NCBI RefSeq assembly: GCF_963921235.1
Contig: NC_086107.1
Location: forward strand, 86,366,001-86,430,000
Direction of reading: 5' to 3'
DNA: 64,000 nucleotides
Source of the DNA: Mobula hypostoma
Lineage: Eukaryota
Positions 1-14,265 of this stretch are shown here, one piece after another; the stretch's first letter is position 1, and the number at the start of each line of letters is the position of its first letter. A program made the translations under genes and the position numbers. The notes under the pieces were generated by a model, which saw only the letters and a program-made list of their open reading frames with translations, had not been told where the DNA came from and searched no databases.

Positions 1-335
1 GCACTTAGCAGGGTTAAGAATCAAACTGTGTTGGCTTCAGTGCTCGAAAAATGTGCTTAGGTGAGATACGTGTTCCCGCATTTGGGTACATTGGTGACGA
101 GAACTGTATGTCATCCAGATCAACAAAAAGAAAATCTGAGTATTTTAATACAGAATCAATGCCATGGAGCATGTGGAGGCCTTCCAATATCCAGGCAGTC
201 TTTCTTTCTTTTTTTTCTTTTTCTTTTAGGTAGGGGTATGTATCGGGGGGAAGGGTTAAAGGGAGGGGGAGGGTAGATATTATTATTCTATGTAACCAAG
301 TTTGAAAGCTCAATTAAAAAATTGTAAAAAAATAG
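1..335 (+). mobile_element. Probable 3' end of an L1/Tx1-like LINE
   Basis: Reading ends ...WSMWRP, followed by a T-rich tract, a G-rich tract and an A-rich tail; no catalytic motif visible. Confidence 0.3.
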
Positions 336-341
336 AATCCA

Positions 342-2170
342 TCAGGCCAAACAACATGCACAGAAACTCAAAGAGGCTGGGGTTATCACAGCCATTTTGG
401 GAATGCCCTCCGAGCACACAGGCACCTGATGGCAGCCCCTAACTAGACCGCCTTGAGGAAAAAAATTAACTTTCCGGCTAAATGCGTCGAAAATTCCTGA
501 AAGTGTGGGATCGGGTAACAATTGGGTTGGTGGCCTCATTAAGGTGTCGGTAATTGCCACTTGGGCAGCAGCCACCAGTGGACTTAGAGACCACATGGCG
601 GGGCAAACCCAAGGGGCAATTCAACCGGCCTACAATGCCAAGTTTTTCCATGTTGGCAAACTTAGCCATCACGGTTGCCAACTTTTCTGGGTCCAGACTG
701 GGTGCGCGGGCATGGACTGGTGGGCTAGTTATGAGAATGTGGTGCTTGATCCCATGTTTTGTGACTGTAGTGGAGAATGTGGGCTTGGTGAGGTTTGGGA
801 ATTCGCCCAGCAGTCGAGTGAGCTCACATGCGGTGGTGCATATGTTTGACAGAGTCGTTGTGGGGAGCTTACTTGGTAATGACCCGAAGTCCTTGACATA
901 CACAAGCTGGCAGTTCTTAAGATCGACTAACAGTCCTTTGACACACAGGAAATCCGCACCAAGCAGTTGCAGCCACTTCAGCCAAGACGAAGTCCCACGT
1001 ATAATGTCGCCCACTGAAGCAGCCCATCACCTGTTGTGTCCCTTAGGTCTGGATCCTGCTGCCCTTGGCGGCCTCCAGCGAGATTTTGTCGCCGTTTGCC
1101 TTCTCTTCAATAGGCAATGCTGGCAGCACACTCACTTGAGCACCCGTGTCACATAAAAAGTGTTGCCCTGAAACCGTGCTCCGTGAAACCTGGCAGCTGG
1201 AATCCGTGATGTCCCCCGACCTCTGATGTCCCGAAGCAATGGCACTGTGGTAGCTGCAAGGCGGTTGACACTTCCTAGCGCTTGTACCAAAGCAACCGTG
1301 GTAAACACACAAGTGTTATCTGTTTCGCAGCCAAGGGCGTCCTTATGTTAGGGGCCTTGCTGGCTAAGCTTATTGAAGTAGAGAAAGGAGGAGGAATGAT
1401 GCTCCGCTGCCTAGCTGAGTGTAGACTAACAGCCATTTTAGCAAACTTCTTGGATGCATTAGCGAGGGCTACTCGAACTGGATCAGGAATCTGCTGCATG
1501 AAAACATGTAACTGTCATTCATTCTTTGGGGCAGCATTTCAGGATGTATGTTGTATACATTTCTCTGACATTGAATGTACCTTTGAAACCTTTTGTTTCA
1601 GATGGACAGCATGTGGTCCATTAGCTCTGAAGGCCTAGCATCGCCGAGACCAGGTAAGGAGAGAGGCTGTGTGGTGTGCTCAGACTCCGACAGTCCAAAA
1701 GTCTGCGAAAGGTGAGTTTTCAGCCATCTGTATTTATCATGTTCAGTGGACGCGCTACTCTCGCAGCTGTGGAGTTACTGAGCGATGCTACCACATAGAA
1801 ATGGTCTTGCCAGCGGTGATTTCTTGCAGCGCAAATTGAGCTTTGGCTTGTACGAACCGAGCAACGGCAGTTTGCTCCCAAAAATCCAGCAGTTTCTAGG
1901 CGACCGCGTCGGCCGACATTCTCAATAATTCTGGAATTGTCCTAGCGCATCGTGATCACCAATGCCAATTTTCACAAATAAAACTGCATTAGTATTTTAT
2001 GTATGAGAAAAATCATAGCAACTTATCTATCGAACAACAAAAACTGAACACGAAGCGCGGTAAAAATCCTTTACGTAACTACCTCAGCACGTCAGACCTG
2101 CCACTTAAGGGGAACCCCAACTCAATGTAGGTGGTTGCGAATTCTGTATGGATCCACCAGTTACACTACA
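342..2170 (-). mobile_element. Degenerate Gypsy LTR retrotransposon (LTR, PBS, gag, protease, start of RT)
   Basis: gag start MSADAVA*KLLDFWEQ..AQF near 1919; knuckle CVYHGCFGTSARKCQPPC; protease FLCDTGAQVS; RT GGCCPSGNYRHLNEAT; tRNA-Trp-like PBS TGGTGATCACGA at ~1950-1961; LTR ~1963-2170; frameshifted. Confidence 0.85.
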
Positions 2171-2878
2171 CCTGCCCATTCACCTCCTCCTTCACTTCCC
2201 TTCAGAGCCCAAAACACTACCTTCAGGGCGAGGCAACACCTCACCTGTTAATCTCTGAGGTCGGGTGCTCCCGATCGAGGTTCCTTTACACTGGTGAAAC
2301 CCGTCATAAACTGGGGCACTGCTTCGTCGAGCACCTCCGCTTCATCAGCCAAAAGTAGAATTTCGCGGTGACCAAACATCGTATGTAATTCCCATTCCCA
2401 TGCCTGTTCCGACATGTGGACCCGTGGCCTCCTTTCGTGCCAAAGTTGAGGCAACTATAGAGTGGAAGAGCAACACCTTATATTCCGTCTAGGTAGCCTC
2501 CAATCCGAGGGCATGTGAATCGATTTCGCCTTCCTGTAAAAGAATCTTTTCTTCCCCTCCTCTCTTCTATTCTCCACCCTGGCCTCTTACCTCTGCTCAC
2601 CTCCCCTGAGTTCCCTCCTCCTTCCCTTTTTCCTATGGTCCACTCTCTTCTCCTATCAGATTCCTCCTTCTCCAGCCCTTTTCCTTTCTAACCCATCTAG
2701 CTTCACCTATCACCTTCCAGCTTAGCTCCCCTTCCCCTCCTCCCCACCTTTTTATTCTATCATCTTCTGCCTCCCTTTTCAGTCCCGAAGAAGGGTCTCA
2801 GCCTGAAATGTTGACTGTTTATTAATTTCTATAGACGCTGCCTGACCTGTTGAGTTCCTCCAGCATTCTGTTTGTGAT
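2170..2878 (+). mobile_element. Penelope-like element 3' fragment (GIY-YIG, pyrimidine tract, degenerate hammerhead tail)
   Basis: CSRSRFLYTGETRHKLGHCFVEHL; tail CCGAAGAAGGGTCTCAGCCTGAAATG at ~2785-2810. Confidence 0.85.
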
Positions 2879-2879
2879 C

Positions 2880-3010
2880 CTTTGTAAGGAGTTTGTACAT
2901 CGTCCCCATGAAATTTGTGGGTTTCCTCCAGATCTTCCAGATTCCTCCCACAGTCCAATGATGTACTGGTTATGAAGTTAATTGATCATTATAAATTGTC
3001 CCATGACTGG
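2880..3010 (+). mobile_element. V-SINE/HE1-like SINE fragment
   Basis: Core TTGTACATCGTCCCC...GTGGGTTTCC...TTCCTCCCACAGTCCAA shared with 20735-21030 and 25855-26090. Confidence 0.55.
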
Positions 3011-4239
3011 TTGGCATCCGTCTGTCTCGAAGCACAATGGGTGATGATAATTACCATCACAAGCCTGGGCGGAAGGTATGGAGATCCTGAGATGCCCAGT
3101 TATCAAGATCCCCCTCTCGGCCTCACCAGTGTAGTCCAAAGGAAAGCTTATGAAGCAATACATTTGGCACCAGCTTGACTGTTGAAACTGCCAGAAAGAT
3201 GCTCAATGACAAACAGGTTCCTTAGGGGTTTCACTCCGGATGTGCTGTCTGGGTCTCCCCCGAGGCTGCCATGATTGGGCTAGGGTTAAATCAGTGGGTT
3301 GCTCGTTTCACAGCTTGAAGGCCAGGAAAAGTCATTACCAAGCTGTATCGCTAAATAAAATAAAATCATGTAAGGGCCAATTCGGTGATGGAGAGTTCAC
3401 CTTTAGTGTATAACAAATGTGTTCAAGAGTCCGATAGCAGCAGGATAGAAGCTGTCCTTGAGCCTGTCATATCAGCTGACTCCCAGGAAGGTTTGTCGTG
3501 GAAACACTAAGAACACCAGAGTGACTTCGAGTTTCGTTTTAAGTTTATTAACATGATATCACGGAGAGCCTGCGTCAGTCTAAACCGCCACCAGAGTTCT
3601 GATATTTAGGTTATACTACACTCAGATTTATAGAGCAAGACAAACAACTTCATATAACTTTGTTCAGTATCCCACAGTCAGTATATAATCAATCGTTTAA
3701 AAGACATGTTAATTATCTCTCAGCGAGGGTCTAATAGTCATCTTTGGTTCCTGTTATCAGGACTCATAATCTACCCCCAGACGCATCCTCCCTCCTGGCT
3801 CCAGGGCAATAGTTCCTGTTTACTGGAGTTCTTGGCACTGTGCTCATCATCCAAAGTTATTCTCGATGCGCATCAGCAGTCTTCTTTCCATCTGCCATCA
3901 GATTCTATAGGGTCCACAAACCTATAAACATGACTTCACAATTCCCCTATAACACAATTTATTTATTGTAACATATGCTTTTGGTCCTTGTAAGGACTTA
4001 AATTTGATTCCTCCTTGTCATAACCAAAATGTGCACCATAAACTGGAAGTTTGTAAGACAAAGTGGTGTTAATGTGGGATGTGGGAATGTGTACAAAGGA
4101 ACCAGCTGACAGCAATATTTTGGGAATTTAGTGTGAGCAGCAGCCTCCAGACTTGGGAATAGATAATGGTGAAAATGATGTACTGAAACCAGATGCTGGT
4201 GGGGGAAAGCGGTAGGTTTGGCGAGTACCTATGTTCAGT

Positions 4240-7234
4240 CTGCAGTGGCCTTACTTGAAATTAATCTCTTTCTTTCCCTTTCATGAATTTTAAAAACTCA
4301 TAAGGCAAACATAATAAGTATCTATTAAATAACTGGCTTAAGCCAAAATGGGATTTAATTTTTCTAAAAGTAGGTTTGGTAGATTTAATTTAAGGTTGTA
4401 AATTGATTTTATTTAATGCTATTTACAACATGAAAAAATATTGACAATGTTGAATAGTAAAATACTAAAAACCATTTTCTTACTAAGTGACATCATCAGG
4501 CTCAAATATAGGCCTAGCATGTGAAACCTGTGCTTGTCTTTTTACTGAACAAATACTGAGTTCTGGGTCGAATTTGAAATAAGCACACACAGATTTCACC
4601 TTCAACTGGAATGAGACAATCTCTAGCCTTGCTCTTGATGCTTGTTAATCAAGAAAAAGCTTGCTCACACATGTAAGAAGTTGAAAACTGCAGCAAAATG
4701 TTCATTGCTTTCCTATGAATAGGAATGTCAGGATACATTTCTTTCACAGAAATCCAAAACTTGTCCAGGCCCAGGTCAGTAAATCTCATCTTGAGTACAC
4801 AAGAACTGCATCTTACAAAGTTCTTTCTCTTCTTTCAAATGTAGGAAAATACTATTCAATTTTGTTTTGCAGTTCTTCCAGGTGGTTTTCAATAAGACTC
4901 GAGACTTTCTGATTCTTGCTTATTCTCAAGCCCAAGCAGCAGTGGAAACAATTCAAGATTTCCTTCTGCAACATGATTTTTCCAAAGATTCAGTTTCCTT
5001 TTAAATCCAATAATTTTTTTACAAAGTCAAACTATTTTCTTCAGGGCCTTGCACAGACTTGTCCAACTGGTTCATATGATGAAAATGTCTGCTAAGTAGG
5101 CTAGTTTCTGCAGCCATTCTTCATCTTCAAAGTACTCAGCAAAATCTGGCTTATTTTCTTCAAAGTACTCTTGCAATTCACCTTTCATCTCAAATACCCT
5201 GTTGAAAACTCTTCCTCTATTAAGCCAATGGATTTCTGTATGTGGCAGAAGATTGGTGTGCTCTTTGCTCAGGTTTTCAGTTTTTTTAAAACATTCTCGA
5301 TTGATCTGGTCTTTGTTTAATAAAGTCAACCATTTTTGTAGCATCATCCAGAACTTAGTTCATTTCATCTCCAAGAGTTTTTGACATCAGCACTTCTCTA
5401 TGAAGAAAGCAGTGTGTAGTGACACCCTCATGATTTTCTTTTTTTTTTTACAAGAGACAAAATCTCTCATGGAGCCAACCATTGATGGGGCACCATCAGT
5501 ACAGATGCCAACATAGTTCCTTCAAGATGTTTCCAGATATGAAGACAATACATTAAATATACCTTGGCCTTTTCTTGTTTTGGGCAGCTCTTTGCAACAG
5601 AAAATGTTTCTTTGAATTTCACTGTCATTTACAAACCTTACAAATGCTATGACATGACATTTATTGGTGAAGTCTGTTGACTCATCAACCTGGATAGAGA
5701 AACTGTTGTTTTTTTTTCTCCAGCTTATCACACAAAACTTCTTCAGCATCATATGACATGTCATCGATACGTTGACTTATCATATTGAGTGGCCGCCTTC
5801 TTGCCTGACCAAAAACCACGCAAGAGTCCATTCTTGAGCTACTATATTTCGATGACTGTGCTCTTCTCATGCAGAAGACGCGCTACAGGCTGCAGTCACA
5901 GTTTACCAAGGCTACAAGGGCTTTGAGATAGCAATCAGTCTGAAGAAAACAAAGATCCTCCCTCATGGCATTTCAACCTACCTTGGATCATCATTAATGA
6001 CGGCCCCCTCACCATGGTTGAGCAGTTCACCTACCGGGGCAGTGTAGTCTCCAACAGCACGACAGTTGTAAGGGATGTTGACAATCGACTCACCAGAGCT
6101 AGTAGTGCCTTCAGAAACGTGTGCGAAGAACCACCTGCTGTGTCTGTCCACAAAAATCCAGGTGTACAGGGCTGCCATTGCTACAACACTGCTGTACGGC
6201 TCTGAACCCTAGGTCTTGTACCGCAATCAGGTTGCACTTCTATCAGCATTGCCTCCGCTCAGATGGCAGGATCATGTCTCCAACAACGAGGTCCTGGAGA
6301 AGGCTCATCTTCCAAGCATTGAAGCCACTTTGCTCCTCAGGCAGCTCCGCTGGCCAGGACTCATCATCATTGAACATGAAACCTTTTCAATTTCTCGTAC
6401 TGCATTTTATGCACTGTAATTTTACATGCTGGTATCATTAGGTTCTCACTTTTCCTTTTCTGGGTAATAAGCATTGCTACTAAATAACTTGCTTCCTTTA
6501 TGCTTTTACTAACAGTAACTTTATTAACAAAAGTTTTGCTCTGTTTGCTTTAAGATTCAAATAGCCATTAAAAATAATCAGCACTTTTATGAGTCATAGG
6601 GCTGTAACTTGTAGTTAAGTGTCTTTTCAATGTTGCTGGAACCATTGCTGCATTTGTAAGTTGTTTACCACAGACTAGGCACAATGGAATAGGACAACTT
6701 GGATCACCAGTCCATGTAAAACCCACTGATAAGTAGCTTTCATTGTAGTCAGACTTTTTGTATCCATTGTTGCACTACTGTAGTGAAATGACTCAGAAGA
6801 TTGTAATTCAAAAATAGCTACTTCCGACTGTCAGACATGTCTGTAAAACATGGGTTAATAAAATATAAAAATGGGCGAGTCCATCCAATACTCGGACAAT
6901 GCACTTCATGTTCCTCATCAGCCTACCGTCCTCTCCTGTGTGCAATACAGCCCTCACCAATTATCAGCCTACTACCCTCCCCTCCGTGCAATACAGTGCT
7001 CACCAATTGTCAACAGCCTCCCTATCTCATCTCAAAAACTGAGAATGGACTCACCCACATAAATACGGTCCTACTGCACACTGCCTGACTGAGCTGAGAG
7101 ACCGCTAATGGGGCTGCTCGGTCATGGCCCACCACCACGAGCGCTCGCACCGCATGCTACATTAAGTTCAAAAACAGAATGTTTATTTTATTTTAATCAC
7201 GATCTCTCGCTGGAACCCCGGTTGAGAAACCCTG
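4240..7234 (-). mobile_element. Degenerate hAT (Buster/Charlie, ZBED5/SCAND3-like) DNA transposon
   Basis: BED-like GFTWTGDPSCPIPLCLVCGKQLTNAAMVPATLKRHL (~6610-6750); FSIQVDESTD; TEIHWLNRG; LAYLADIF; TIR CAGGGTTTCTCAAC at 7221-7234; many frameshifts; left end not seen. Confidence 0.85.
5790..6360 (+). mobile_element. RTE-clade LINE RT fragment nested in the hAT
   Basis: LLYFDDCAL (YADD-like), VEQFTYRGS, LYGSE, RWQDHVSNNEVLEKA...RQLRW. Confidence 0.85.
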
Positions 7235-7489
7235 GGCTAGAGTATAGAGTAGTATGTAATGTCATACACAAGAGATTCTGCAAATCCAGAATTACACATA
7301 CAAATTGCTGGAGGATCTCAGCAGGTCAGGTGGCATCTATGGAAAGGGATAAACAGTTGACGTTAAGGACTGGACATTCTGAAGGACTCGACATTATATC
7401 AAGAATGTAATGCTGAGGCTTTATAAGGCAATGATCAGATTGTACTTAGAATATTGAGAGCATTTTTAGACCCCTTATCTAAGAAATGA

Positions 7490-8350
7490 TAGAACATTCA
7501 ACAGTACAGCACAGCAACAGGCACTTCGGCCCGCAATGTTGTGCTGAACCAATTAGTGACCAAATGATCAACTACACTCATTTCTTTTGCTGACACGTCC
7601 ATATCCTCACACCCACGTGTCTACATAAATGTCTCTTAAAAGCCCCTCTTAAAGTGCCACTACCATCACTCCAGGCAGTGCGTTCCAGCCACCCACCACT
7701 CTCTGTATATAAAACTTGCCCCTTACCACCTCCCACTTTAAATGAATGCCCCCTGATATTAGACGTTTCAACCCTGGGAAAAATAAGCCTGTTTACTCTC
7801 TGATAATCTTATAAATCTCCATCAGATCTCCCCTCAGCCTCCGCTGTTCTAGAGAAAACAACCCAAGTTTGTCCAACTCCTTGTTTTAGCACATGCCCTC
7901 TAAGCCAGGCAGCATCCTGGGAAACCTTTTCTGCATCTTCTCCAAAGCCTCCACATCCCTCCTAAAATGGGGGTGACCAGGACTGTACACAACACTCCAG
8001 ATGTGGCCTAACTAGAGTTTTATAAAGCTGCAACACAACTTCCTGACGTTTGAACCCAATGTTTCATAAAAGCAGGTGCGCCATGAGCCTTCTAATCCAC
8101 CCTGTCAACCAATGCAGCCACTTTCAGGGAGCTATGAACTTGGACCCCAAAATCTCTCTCAACACTGCTGTGGGTCTTGCCATTAATAGTGTACTGCCTT
8201 TTTACATTTGACCCACTAAGCTGCAACACTTTACATTTGGCTAGGTTAAACTCCATTTGCCATTTCTCTGTTCATATCTGCAACTGATCTATATCCTGCT
8301 GTATTCTTTGCCAGCCTCCTGCACTATCCACAATGGCACCAATCTTCATA
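7490..8350 (-). mobile_element. CR1 LINE 3' fragment
   Basis: CR1-type RT C-terminus and 3' UTR, homologous to other CR1 pieces (45760-46790, 48400-49650). Confidence 0.75.
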
Positions 8351-8639
8351 TCCAATGTTCGCTGGTGGAAGGACAAGCTTGACAGCATGTGTACATTTGT
8401 CTGCAGATGACTGCTCGTTCTTGTCGGTAACACTCATGCACATTAGTTTACAGGAGATGTCTCTTAGGATCTTTAGCTACAGACACGTTCTTGTGTGACT
8501 GTATCTTTACTTGCTATCGCTTATGTGCTATATGTACCTTGGGCTGTGTATGACTGTTGGTAATGTGGCCCTGGAGGAACGCTGTTTTATTTGGCTACAT
8601 TCATGTATGGCTAAATGATGTTTAAACTTGAACTAAATT

Positions 8640-9200
8640 TATTTTTGACAGATCCACAATATTTAACTCCAGTCCAATTAAAGGTTAATGTCATCAGAAC
8701 AAGCCCGTGCCATGCCCAGTGACCAAGGTTCAGTTCCAGGTGTGATGAACAGCAGCAATAACTGCAGAATCTGACCCCAACAGTCACTCTTCAACTTGAA
8801 ACTGGATTCATCAAATGTGAAGGTTAAAAATTCAACAAAGAGTTTTTAAAACTGCCTCCCCTGTGTGAACTTGCTGGTATTTGAGCAGGTGAGATGATGG
8901 AGTAAACCTCTTTACTCATACAGGACAAGTGTGCAGTCTCTTGGTGTGAACTCACTATTGCCTCACAAGGTGGGATCACTGAGTGAATCCTTTCCCACAG
9001 TCTGAGCTGGTGTGAACTCACTGGTATGCCTGCAGGTGGGATGAACAAGAAATTCCTTCTCACACAACCAGCAGGTGAATGGCCTCTCCCCAGTGTGAAC
9101 TCTCTGATGTGTCAGTAGCCCAGATAACTGAATGAATCCCATCCCACAGATGGAGCAGGTGAACAGACTCTCCTCAGTATGAAATCTTGGGTGTCTCTGC
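8640..9200 (-). pseudogene. C2H2 ZNF relic with family 3' UTR
   Basis: [32 protein letters not shown] then frameshifted fingers; 8640-8800 matches the 3' UTR at 14080-14250. Confidence 0.85.
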
Positions 9201-9389
9201 AAAGTTCAAAAATCAAAGTAAATTTATTATGAACGTACATTTATATCACCATATAAAACCCTGAGATCGGTTATCTTGCGGGCATATACAGTAAATCCAA
9301 GAAACACAACAGAATCCACAAAACAGCTGACCGAATGAGACGGACAATAATCAACACGCAAAAGATAATAGAAAAGCATAATCATACTT

Positions 9390-10180
9390 CCTTGCAGCAA
9401 GACAGGACTAGTTAGTTAACACAAAAAATTATAAAATATACGTAATAAAAGATCAACAAATTCAAGATGATAAATGCAGAAAATGCCAAGAGAAGCCAGG
9501 TACAATCCAATACATAACAAGATCCTGCAGCAGTTTAACTCAATCTGATTACTTACACGGGTACAATCAAGTGGCAAATATCATTCACCAAAATCTTGCT
9601 TTAAAATACAAACTCATAGAAGGCACCATACCTTACTATCTCTCTCCGGTTGTCCATCGAAATCCAATGACAATGTCCACTCCTTTAACGGTGAGATCTT
9701 TGATGACTAAAGCCTAATCCAGTTTTAGAGTCAGGGCCCTACAAATTATATTACGACCTAGCTATTGTTACAGATAGGGCAATCCATAATACCAATCTAA
9801 ATATAATACTACAGGAAACACAAGCAAAGACAACTTACTTAATAGATTTAGCTGATCCAAACACACATAACATAAATAAATCAGTCGTGAAAAACTACCA
9901 GAAATATACTGAATTAAGAGCGAATTGAAACACTATGGAACATGAACAGGGTATACATTGTCCCAACAGTAATATATACAACTATCGTCCCATAGTCACT
10001 ACACAATAGCATTAAACAATCAGGCCACACAATATTTATGTAGATCCTCAGAAAGCTACAATACTAAACACCATTAGAATAGTCAAAAAGTTCCTAGCAA
10101 TTGAGAAATAAGCCACGTTCGGCTATGCATATACCTCAGTTTTAACCAGCTTGATGAGAAAAAAATAAAAGTATAATAAT
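9390..10180 (+). mobile_element. R4/Dong-clade LINE 3' part (CCHC and restriction-like endonuclease)
   Basis: DDKCRKCQEKPGTIQYITRSC..HGYNQVANIIHQ; TAA-type tail; paralogous to 13000-13390. Confidence 0.7.
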
Positions 10181-10182
10181 AC

Positions 10183-13100
10183 CTTGACACAGCTTCTACC
10201 CATGGACGATTTGAAACTACATGCTCCTTCATCAGTACAGCTAAAGCCATTAATTCAAACAGTACAACTGTTTTCTGAAGATATAAACATGAACTTTGGA
10301 CTAGCTCCACAGCTTGGGCTTAAGACTGTGAATCAGCAAGAGATGAGGAACAACCGTGTACTCATTCTCACGGGAACATGGCTTCAGGGCACCATTCTGG
10401 ATGTGGCCACCCAACGGGAAGGTTTCGGGTTGACGGGAATCTAGCGATCTCAGGCAAAACCCGCGGTGGCGGTATCTGTATTTACATAAATAAGAACTGG
10501 TGTATTTTGTGTTATCATCACAAAACACATTGTGATGCTGCCCTTACAGCTCTCAGGAAAGCAAGAACCGTGCTTTCTCGCTCCATCAAGGCGGCAAAAT
10601 GGAAGCATTCTCAGAGAATATAGTATACAACCACTTCTGCAATACCAGAGACACACTGCGCCTGCGGTGGGGAATTCAGAGGATTACGGAGTACGAGTTT
10701 ACCTTGCACATCGGTGACCAGGATATCTCACTCCACGACAGGCTAAATATTTTTCACGCCTGGTTTGATGCACAAAACAAAGTGCTGGTGAGGAAGGCCT
10801 CTCACCCCTTCCAAGGAAGCAGACACTCTGTTCGGCTGAAGCTGAGGTGAGGTCACAGTCAACCCATGCCAAGTCGTGGTGTCAGGTTCTGGAATACTGC
10901 ACAGCCCAGCTGACTGATGTGCAGACAGATATATTCAATACCTCTCTGCAACAGTCCATTGTCCCCTCAGTTTTCCAGGTGGCAACCATCATTCCAGTGC
11001 CAAAGAAGGTGACAATGATCTGTCTAAATGACTATCGTCTGGTGGCATTGACATCAACCATTATGAAATGCTTTGAGCGAATTATCATAGAGCACATTAA
11101 AGCCTTTCTCCCGGCTGCATTGGAACCTTTCCAGTTCGCCTATCACTCGAATTGATCCACTGATGTTGCAATAGCCTCTGCTCTCCACTCTGTCCTGTCT
11201 CACCTGGAAAATGGGGTCTCATATGTCAGACAGCTTTCTATAGACTTCATTTCAGTGTTCAGCAGCATCATACCCCAGAAACTGGTGGGGAAACCATCCT
11301 TGCTGAGTCTCAACACCTCCCTCTGCAACTGAATCCTGAACTTCACAGAAAAAGCACGATCCATGTAGTCAGCAATGTCCCTAGTCCCATTATGCTGAGC
11401 ACTGGCACTCCCCAAGGCTGTGAACTCAGCCCGCTGCTGATGCATGACTGTGTCGCAGGATTCAGCTCAAACCGTGTCAGTAAGTTTTCAGGTGATACAA
11501 CAGTGGATTGTTTTATCAACAACAATGATGAGTCAAAGTACACAGAGGAAGTGAGGCGGCTGATGGACTGTGTGAGAGAACAACCCAAGTCTGACCATGG
11601 AGAAGACCAAGGAAATCACTGTGGACTTCAGGAAGGTGCAGTTGAACCAACTCTGTCTGCAAACACTTGGCTTCTCCGTAGAGAGAGTTAAGTGCACCAA
11701 GTTCCTGGGAGTTTACGTCATGGGTGACCTCACCTGGTCCCTAAAAAGGTGTATAATTGCCTCCACTTCCTGAGGAGATTGAGGAAAGTGAGACTTCTCC
11801 CCCCCCCCTCCCCCCCCCACCATCTTAACTGCATTTTACAGGAGCACCATTGACAGCATCCTGACAAGCTGCATCTCCAACTGGTCTGGGAGCAGCGAGC
11901 ATCAAACCAGAAGCCCCTACAATGGACTGTGAGAACAGCTGAGAGGATCATAGGGGTCTCCTTACCATCCATCAGGGACATTTATTAGGATTGCTGTGTA
12001 TACAGGGCCCTTAATGTTATTCAGGATCCCACCCATATATCCAGAATCTCTCTGACTTTCTACCATCAGGCAGAAGACTGTGATGCATAAAGACAAGAAC
12101 GGTCAGGATGAGGAACAGTTTCTTCCCTCAGGCCGCTGGATTTCTGAACTCCCTGCTGCATCGTATTTGAAGTGTCACCGGTTAATCTGTTCTGTACTCA
12201 ATATTTAATTTATGCACTTTACTTTGTTTATTTATGCATAACTCATTTGCAGATTTTATCCTTGCTTTCCTAACTTATTGTGTGTTATGTGTACTACCAT
12301 GCTTTACACTCTAGTCCAGAGAAACGTCTTGTTTGACAGTATACATGCAAGTAGTTAAATGGCAATAAATTTGACTTGATGTGAATTGATACGTGCAGAA
12401 TTTTAAACACAAAGATCAGTGTAAGAGAGCTATTAGAATACAAAATAGAGCGACATGATACAATACAACCAATGGATGATTATAAAATTGATTTTAGTGC
12501 GATAAAGGGAAAACTCATGACAGAATTTACTTCAAGGCTTAAGAAAAGCTGCCAAACAGAGCTCAATTGTAAAAACTTAACAAAGGCAATAGACACGTTT
12601 GTTATACCCATATTAACATAAGATAAAATAAGGACTGAAATGACAAATTTTAAATAACATTGTACACTTGAATGCACTTGGATTAACACAACCTAGGACA
12701 GGAGGAGCAAGAAGAGTAACAGACATAGAAGTCAGAAAAAAATTATGAAGATATATTTTCATCAACGGAAACAGGAATCAGCGCTCCACACAAGTATGTA
12801 TTTCTGATAGGAAGTACACACCACAAAACTTAAGTGAAAGGAGAACCCAGAAAAATGAAGAAATTATCACTATAGAAGAAAATGTTAACCAACTGAAGAG
12901 CACGACCCTCCATGGAAGACATCCCAAGAATCTGAACAGACTAGGTGTCGACAAGAATGCCTGGCTCAGTGTTGGAAACCTCTTCCCAGAAACAGAAGGG
13001 TCCCTTGTGGCAATACAGAACCAGGTGGTTACCACAAAAAAAATATCAAATATACATAATAAAAGACCCACAAATTCAAGATAATAAATGCAGAAAATGC

Positions 13101-13390
13101 CAACAGAAACAATCTAACACATTACAGGATCCTGCAGCAGTTTAACTCAACCTGATTACTGACATAGGCACAATCAAGTTGCAAACATCATTCACTAAAA
13201 TCTTGCTTTAAAATACAAACTCATAAAAGACACCATAACTTACTATAAATATAAACCTGGTCCAGTTTTAGAGACAGTGCCTTACAAATTATATTACCAC
13301 CAATCTTTTGCTATAGAGATGACAACCATCCGGATTTAATATTACAGGATAAAGAAGCAAGAACAACTTACTTAACAGACATAGTCAATC
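10183..13390 (+). mobile_element. Second R4/Dong-clade LINE, split by a Rex1/Babar insertion
   Basis: PMDDLKL..FSEDINMNFGL at 10200-10300; resumes ~12390 with LFPETEG..AIQNQV, KCRKCQ and endonuclease region. Confidence 0.7.
10310..12385 (+). mobile_element. Rex1/Babar-type LINE, internally deleted
   Basis: GKTRGGGICIYINKNWC (APE), NDYRLVALTSTIMKCFER, STGTPQGCELSPLL, KFSGDTTV; AATAAA plus TTGAC-type tail at ~12365. Confidence 0.85.
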
Positions 13391-14079
13391 AAAGCATAGG
13401 AGTTTCTCAACCAGTCGAAAGCCTCACAAACAGGTACTGTATGTGTCAACAAAGTCAATCTAATTTTTTTCTCTATCAATCAGCTTCCAAATGTTGCTAC
13501 CCAGTCATTCGTTGCCGCGCCCCTGCTGTTCATCACATGCTCTTACCATTACCTCTGTCCAGAGCCCCAAGCCCTGCCCTGCGCTGACCTGTCTCTGGTT
13601 TCTGACCCTGCTTCATTGAACATCCAGCTATCATTCTCCATTCTGTTTTCAGACTTTACATGATGGTGGTATATTCTAACAACCCAGCTGCGAGAGACAC
13701 AGTTCTTCAGAAGCAGTGAAAATGCTGCATAACACTGAAATGAGCCGAAAAAAGAGATTAACTACCAGTGTCATTCTTCCTCAGCTCAGAGATTTGAGGG
13801 CAAAGAACATGTCAGACATAACTGCAGTCAGCTCCTCATCTTTTTCAGTCTGGAGAAAGTCCTGCAGGAAATGCAAGGGAAACCACATCATCCACAGAGT
13901 GACTGCTTGGAACCCACTGCCACAGGAAGAGCAGGAGGTGAACTGCAGGGATGGATTTAGAAGGACTGTCATCGAACAGAGACACTGGTAGGGAACAGCT
14001 GGGCTGAGTTGACCTTACTCTACATTAGGTGTGTTGTAGATTCACTTGGTACCTGAGGCAGAGTTTGAAATAGAACTGA

Positions 14080-14085
14080 TTTATT
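14080..14085 (-). terminator. Poly(A) signal of ZNF gene A
   Basis: AATAAA ~180 nt after the stop, in a UTR block also kept in relics at ~41115 and ~57760. Confidence 0.6.
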
Positions 14086-14265
14086 TGTCAGAGATCCAGA
14101 ATATTAAACTCCAGTCCCATTAAAGGTGAACATCAGCAGCAGAAACTCCTCCCATGCCCAGTGACCAGGGTGCAGGATTGGGTGTGATGAGCAGCAGCAA
14201 TAATTACAGAGTTTGACACCAACAGTCAGTTTTGAACTTGCCTCTGGATCCAGCATGCAGCTTAT

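Noticed and set aside
3494-3940. Possible solo LTR (TG...CA, minus-strand AATAAA)
   Set aside because: No TSD, PBS or second copy found
5072-5764. ZBED5/SCAND3-like host gene
   Set aside because: Frameshifted, interrupted by RTE and retains a TIR, so a dead hAT transposon
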